DNA of 64,000 nucleotides, taken from contig CM052816.1 in the NCBI GenBank assembly GCA_028534125.1, positions 4,962,001 to 5,026,000 of the forward strand. Direction: 5' to 3'. The DNA is from Lama glama (taxonomy: Eukaryota). Positions 58,720-64,000 of the stretch are shown piece by piece. The notes below the pieces were generated by a model. That model was not told where the DNA came from. It did not search any database and saw nothing but the letters and a program-made list of their open reading frames with translations. A program made the translations under genes and the position numbers. How positions within the stretch are numbered: the stretch's first letter is position 1; each line of letters starts with the position of its first letter.

Positions 58720-58850
58720 ATTATCAGACATCAGAACTGGAAGGAGTCTCCCAGATCTATTAATCCAACTCCCTCATTTTACAGGTGAGGAAACTGAGAC
58801 TCAGAGAGGCCAAGGTCAGGAGCTGGTGGGTGGCAGCGCTCAGTCTGAAC
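58720..58850 (-). mobile_element. MIR SINE
   Basis: ccctcattttacaggtgaggaaactgagactcagagagg. Confidence 0.75.
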
Positions 58851-59901
58851 ACACCTTCTTCCAGGATCTCAAGACCTCTCCTCAAGAGCGCTTCCTTTAC
58901 TTCCTTTAAAGGAAATCAGCCAAGGAAGCGGCCACCTCATCCAACGTTGAAATTACAAGCTGAGCAATCCCTCAAAAATAGAATAGAAAGAAAACCCAGA
59001 GGACCAGAGAGAGATTCTCATTTGCTCAAGCTCTACTGTGTGTCAGAGTTATTAGTGCCACAGAGATACATAAAGCTCCTATTTGAAATGATTAGAGAAA
59101 AATTAGCTGTTCTTCTAGAGAGTATTGATCACGTATGCTAAAAGAGTTCAGGAAAAAAAAAAAAAAACTAGAGACAGATTAGTGGTCAGGACCAGGAAAG
59201 AAATCCTGGGTGGGAGAATCAGTATAAGGAGATAGGGACAGACAAAGCTTCTACATGTAGCAAAATAGGAAGTAGTGAGGAATAATGTATGAGAGGAGCA
59301 AGATCAAGGTGGGCCTTGGAGGTCAGGTAGCAAGGTTTGATCAGTGCACAAGACTTGGGCGACCAGAGAACATACATATTAAATAAATATCTGGAATACT
59401 GGGGGAAAAATATTGGTACCTCTGAAAGGAGAGATGATTAAAAAACAGGAACAAGTTGTGTAAAATGTAATCTGTGAATGAGTACTGACTGTTTACTGAG
59501 CCTTGCACTGTGCAAGGATTAGGCAAGAAAAGACTGGCCAACGGCCAAATAAAGTATGACACATCTAGCCAGTGGAACAGCATGGCAGCCTTAAAAAGAA
59601 CATGGTAGCTCTTGATGGTACTCTATGGAACAATCTCCACGTGTGAGTGCTAAGTAAAAAAAGCAAGGAGCAGAAGAAGCATATATGATGTGCTACTTCC
59701 AAAGAGGAGGAGTCATACAGTTTTGTATTTACATAGACAAGCTCTGGATGTATATACAAAACACTAGTCCCAGGAGTTGCCTCATGGGAGAAAAAGAGGA
59801 TGAGGAAGGAATAAAAAAAGAATTTTTACTGTACACTCTTATGATCCTTTTGTCTCTTACATTAGATGAACATATTGCCTACTCAAAAGTAATTTTTAGG
59901 T

Positions 59902-60030
59902 GGGGAGGGTATAGCTCAAGTGATAGAGTGAATGTTTAGCATGCACAAGGTCCTAGGTTCAATCCCCAGTACCTCCATTGAAAAACTAAATAAATAAACC
60001 TAATTACCTACCCCTTGCAAAAAAAAAAAA
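59902..60030 (+). mobile_element. Camelid SINE (vic-1-like)
   Basis: ggggagggtatagctcaagtgatagag..ggttcaatccccagtacctcc..A tail; near-TSD aaaagtaa(t/c)ttt(t/c)ag at 59885-59899 and 60031-60045. Confidence 0.9.
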
Positions 60031-60589
60031 AAAAGTAACTTTCAGAGATGTAAAAATAAAATTCAGTTCTTTTTTGGAAGTCTCACCAGTTCATGTCACA
60101 GATCCTGTATTCTCATTTCACCTGTTTCAAAATATAAACTTAACCTCTCCAGATGTACCTTTCCTGCATCTAGACTCAAGAGGAGTAGTTGATGTATCTC
60201 TCCCGCCTTGGCTGCCCTCAGCAGCAACTGAGCAATCAAAAAGGAGAAAATGAGGTCCTTTGGCCCAGGTATTCTTATCCACTTGAACTGCCCTCCTTCC
60301 ACCTTCAACACTATCTGATACCCATGACTCTTATTGAAACTGCCTCCTACAGGACAGAGACATTTTCTTAAGCTGAGGAAGATGAAGGAATTAAAAAAAA
60401 AAAAAACAAACAGGGAGGAGGAGGAGGAGAAGTTCGGTCACATGTGTTTTGCCAGCCCTGGATTGAACTGCATATTTCCTCTTAGCTTTCAGGAGATGTC
60501 CTTTCGCAAGAAAGATGTTTTTACCTTCAGTCAAAATGAACCCAAACCTTATCACGTGCCTGGCCTGAGCCAGTCAGCTGCTCTGTAAC

Positions 60590-60745
60590 ATGATCACCTC
60601 AGCCAGCCTCCCAGCTCACCGGGTAACCGCGGGGTGAGGCAGCAGCTGGCGACAGCATCCACCAAGGAAGGAGCTGAAGGAAGAGAAAGCAGGCTTGAGC
60701 CGCGGCCGGGACCTTGGAGGAGCTGGGAAACAGCCCACTGCAGAG
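60590..60745 (+). other. FAXDC2: Probable non-coding first exon and promoter of divergent FAXDC2
   Basis: Small GC/CpG patch ending in strong donor GAG|GTGAGC (60745/60746), about 8 kb from the CNOT8 promoter. The gene name comes only from recalled mammalian synteny; no FAXDC2 coding exon is in the window. Confidence 0.45.
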
Positions 60746-62930
60746 GTGAGCGGGAGCTGCTGGGTGGGAAGCTGGTCGCCAAAGTCAGGATGCACCCAAG
60801 TTCGCTTAAAGAAAGGCAAAGCGCATCCTTCTCACCTCCGCCACCTCTCTGCCCTCTCCACTTACAGTACAGGTGTGTTTTGCCTCTAATCAATGTCCTG
60901 GGACGTTTCCTTAGTACACAGAATCCCCTGCATGTCTCGCTAATGTCTGTATCCTCTGCCTGCGTTTGTACCATCTACTTCCTGTATAGTCTTGTTTTTC
61001 TAGCAATAAATAGGTAATTGTGTTAACCGCACAGGATTTGGCTTCAAAACCATGTGAAGGAGAAACTCCCATGTCAGAATTCAGAAGAGCAAAATCCATC
61101 TGGAAGAGACTGCCAGGAAACAAATGAGGCTGAATTGCTTCTCCTCTCTCATCTGCCAGGGTCACCTGGAAGGGATGGGACCAATTACAACAGGCTTAAA
61201 ATTGCAAAGGCCTAAGACAGATGTGTGGGCTAGGAACTGGACAGACATCTCAAAGCTGTTTTGATGCACCATACTGGGACTTATCAACAGAGGCTCCAGT
61301 CTTAGACTTGCTAGTGTCCTGGTAGTCCCGCTGGAAGAATTCCAGCAGAGGGCACTGGAGAGAGGGATAGTCAGTGTGTATAGATGGGGGTGAACAATGG
61401 GCCAGTGGTTATCAGGGCACTCATTCAGCTCCTTCGGGGCTTAAGGTAAACAAGACAAGGTACAGACTTCTAGGTTGCTTCACTTTCAGGTGCAGTTCCG
61501 ACTAAATTTCTCTAGATATAAAGATTCGATTCAATTTGGTAAAACACATACTTTGAGCATTAGCTTCTGACCTTAGAAAGGAGAGTCTGCAGTACAGGGA
61601 AAGGTGCTGAAATGTCCAAGAGCAAAGAACAATGCTTTTTATTCTTTTCCCCTTCCTTGGTTTACCTGACTGCCTGCTACGTGCCAGGCTTGTGTTTGGT
61701 GCCAGGGGTCTCATAAAACAGGCGGGCCTTCACCCTGCAGGCATGCGTTCACGCGGCACAGCAAATCACAAAGGTTTTAAGGACCCCCGGCAAAGGCAGT
61801 GAAGGGAGCACTACTGAAACTACTCAAAGGGAGTCATTTTTGTCTGAGTTTAACCTTTTCCCTCATGCATTTTATCTTCTTGGATGAACATCGTTTCTCT
61901 CTATAAAAGCCTCACTTCCATACAGACCTTGGTCATAGCAGCTCCTGAAAACCCTCTTCACCAAGACTTCAAGCTGTGTGATTACATTTCAGGACAGTCT
62001 CCTCAGCCCTGGAGGCAGATGGCTCAGCTTCTCCCAAGAACACAAACAGCTGGAGAGCAGAGGCTGGCGTAATGGGAGTTGTAGTCCTCAGGAGAGCAGC
62101 CCCCTCCCCGTCATTTCCCACTTAGGAAATAGAATTTGTGCTTTTCCAAAAACACATGTGGCACAAGAAAAAGTGTTAGGAAGCCTGGATTTTGCCAGAA
62201 ACTGTGTGGAGTTTGGAACAAGTCAGTTCTGCTATCTAGGCCTACCTCCTTAGCTATAAAATGGAAGAGGGAGATCAGATGATCTTTGAGGTCTTTTTTT
62301 TTTTTTTTAGTTCTAATAATTTCACAAGATATTTACACAGGAACCATGCACATTTATATAAAGATGATATATCTTAACACCTATAAAATCGGAAACTTCA
62401 TCAACCATCGAGCATATCCAGGAACCCAGAATCTGAAAGAATCAGGCTGCAGGCAAATAAAATTTAAAATTAAACTGTCTGCTTCTCCCACCCCTATCCC
62501 ATTCCCCTGCCCTGTATTCAGATTTTTGAGGTCATGAACATCACCTATGGCTTCACTGTGTCATTTACCTAGATTGGGGATTCTGCAATAAAAAGCCTGC
62601 ACAGTCAAAATCATCTGCTTCCAGAAGAACCACCCTTAAAAGTATCCAATTTGGCTAATCTCACAATATATATCAAATTCCCTTTAAGAAGGAATCAGTT
62701 CATTGTTATAAAGGATTAGAATATTTACTTTAAGTGTATTTCATTTCCTTCTCTTCTCTGAGTGCATTCTCATAGTAAATGCTAGTCCCTATTCTCTTCC
62801 TATATACTTTCTCATTGGAAAATCAAAGTTACATAGTACTACTTTAATAAACAGGGCCAAGAAGCATGCCTTATACATCTTGGTATCCCCTGTGGCTAGC
62901 ATTGTATCTGGCACACAATAAATGTTTCTT

Positions 62931-63068
62931 TTTTCTTTTTATTTTTTACAGGGGGGAGGTAATTAGTTTTATTTATTTTGTTAGTTTTTCAATGGAGGCA
63001 CTGGGGATTGAACCCAGGACCTCGTGCATGCTAAGCACATGCTTTACCACTTGAACTATACCTCGCCC
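62931..63068 (-). mobile_element. Camelid SINE (vic-1-like)
   Basis: ctggggattgaacccaggacctcgtgcatgctaagcacatgc..; near-TSD cacaataa..tttctt at 62914-62930 and 63069-63085. Confidence 0.9.
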
Positions 63069-63161
63069 CACAATAACTATTTCTTGAAAGAATGATTAAT
63101 ATCTTAGAAAAAGACATGCTCTATTTTACCTTTTGTATTAAAAAACAAAACAAACAAAAAC

Positions 63162-63183
63162 CACACACACACACACACACACA
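63162..63183. repeat. (CA)n microsatellite
   Basis: Seen directly. Confidence 0.9.
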
Positions 63184-64000
63184 AAATATCCAATCCATTA
63201 TTTGTGGCTAATAGAAGCTGATCTCATGCCTTTGTGTCTCTGCAATCTGAATGCCCAGTCCTGTATTTACTGACATCAGTGCAGTCTGTACTTTTTGCAG
63301 ACTCAACTGGTGTAAGAGCACTGAATTCAAGTTCTCCCACTAAGTAGCTGTATAATTTGAAGCTGAATAGTGAATATTTCTATGCCTCCATTTCTTCAAA
63401 TTGAAAATGTGAGCATCAGAATAGATGAGCTTAAGACATCTTCTAGTTCTGAGATGGGAGACTTCAAAAGGTAGAAAAAAGAGAGAAGCAGCACCATAAA
63501 AATGTAATGATTATAGAACCTTAACATATTACATATTTAATCATTGTTATTTGCCGTATTTTATTTGCCAAAATTTCTAACTTGAGCACTACCACTGGCA
63601 AACAATGTTAAGGAACTTCTTTGGGTGAAGACACATCTGTCCACTATATTTGAGGTCTCCCCTAGAAACTTTCTGACTCGGTTCAGTAAAAATTCAAAAC
63701 AAGTCTACAGACATAGAGGGGCACAGAAAACAAGCTGCTTTGGCATAAAATATTCAGAAGAATGATACGGTTGTGTAGCTTAGAGGAGTCAGCTATCTAG
63801 ATAAACATCTCGGGACATAGCACATGGGCTTACTGGCTCAGCCAAAGAACAAAAGGTATATTAAGTAATACTTCGTTGCTTCTAATGAAATCAGAGGTCA
63901 AGCAATAATGCTATGACTCATACAGTTAAAGGGGCCTTCCCACCACTGGAAGATACAGTCACTTTCCCTTTGGCCAGAAGGCTTATGTGGAGCAAAGGGT

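Overview
Mammalian genomic DNA, very probably camelid, judged from five vic-1-like tRNA-derived SINE full copies, one internally deleted copy and a young L1 family. The window holds the conserved GEMIN5 / CNOT8 / (FAXDC2) neighbourhood. On the + strand, 25 GT-AG coding exons of GEMIN5 (2062-35371; exons 4-28 by human numbering, 5' exons outside the window) join into one intact frame. On the - strand is a complete CNOT8 (CAF1b deadenylase): six coding exons (47253-40677, 292 aa), a ~1.4 kb 3'UTR and a CpG-island promoter (~52350-53520). A probable non-coding first exon of the divergent neighbour FAXDC2 lies near 60600-60745, inferred from synteny only. The rest is L1, L2, MIR, DNA-transposon and LTR debris plus two N gaps. 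I found no novel multi-gene system. The most striking unexplained element is a perfect 35-nt 5' half of tRNA-Gly(CCC), cut at the anticodon and retro-inserted antisense in GEMIN5 intron 7 with a G/C homopolymer instead of a poly(A) tail and a perfect 15-bp target-site duplication. Other leads are candidate autoregulatory splice/NMD sites in GEMIN5, Pumilio/ARE sites in the CNOT8 3'UTR, an open in-frame CNOT8 leader, and a solo ERV1 LTR pointing toward CNOT8. Repeat family names and human comparisons come from memory, not from searches.
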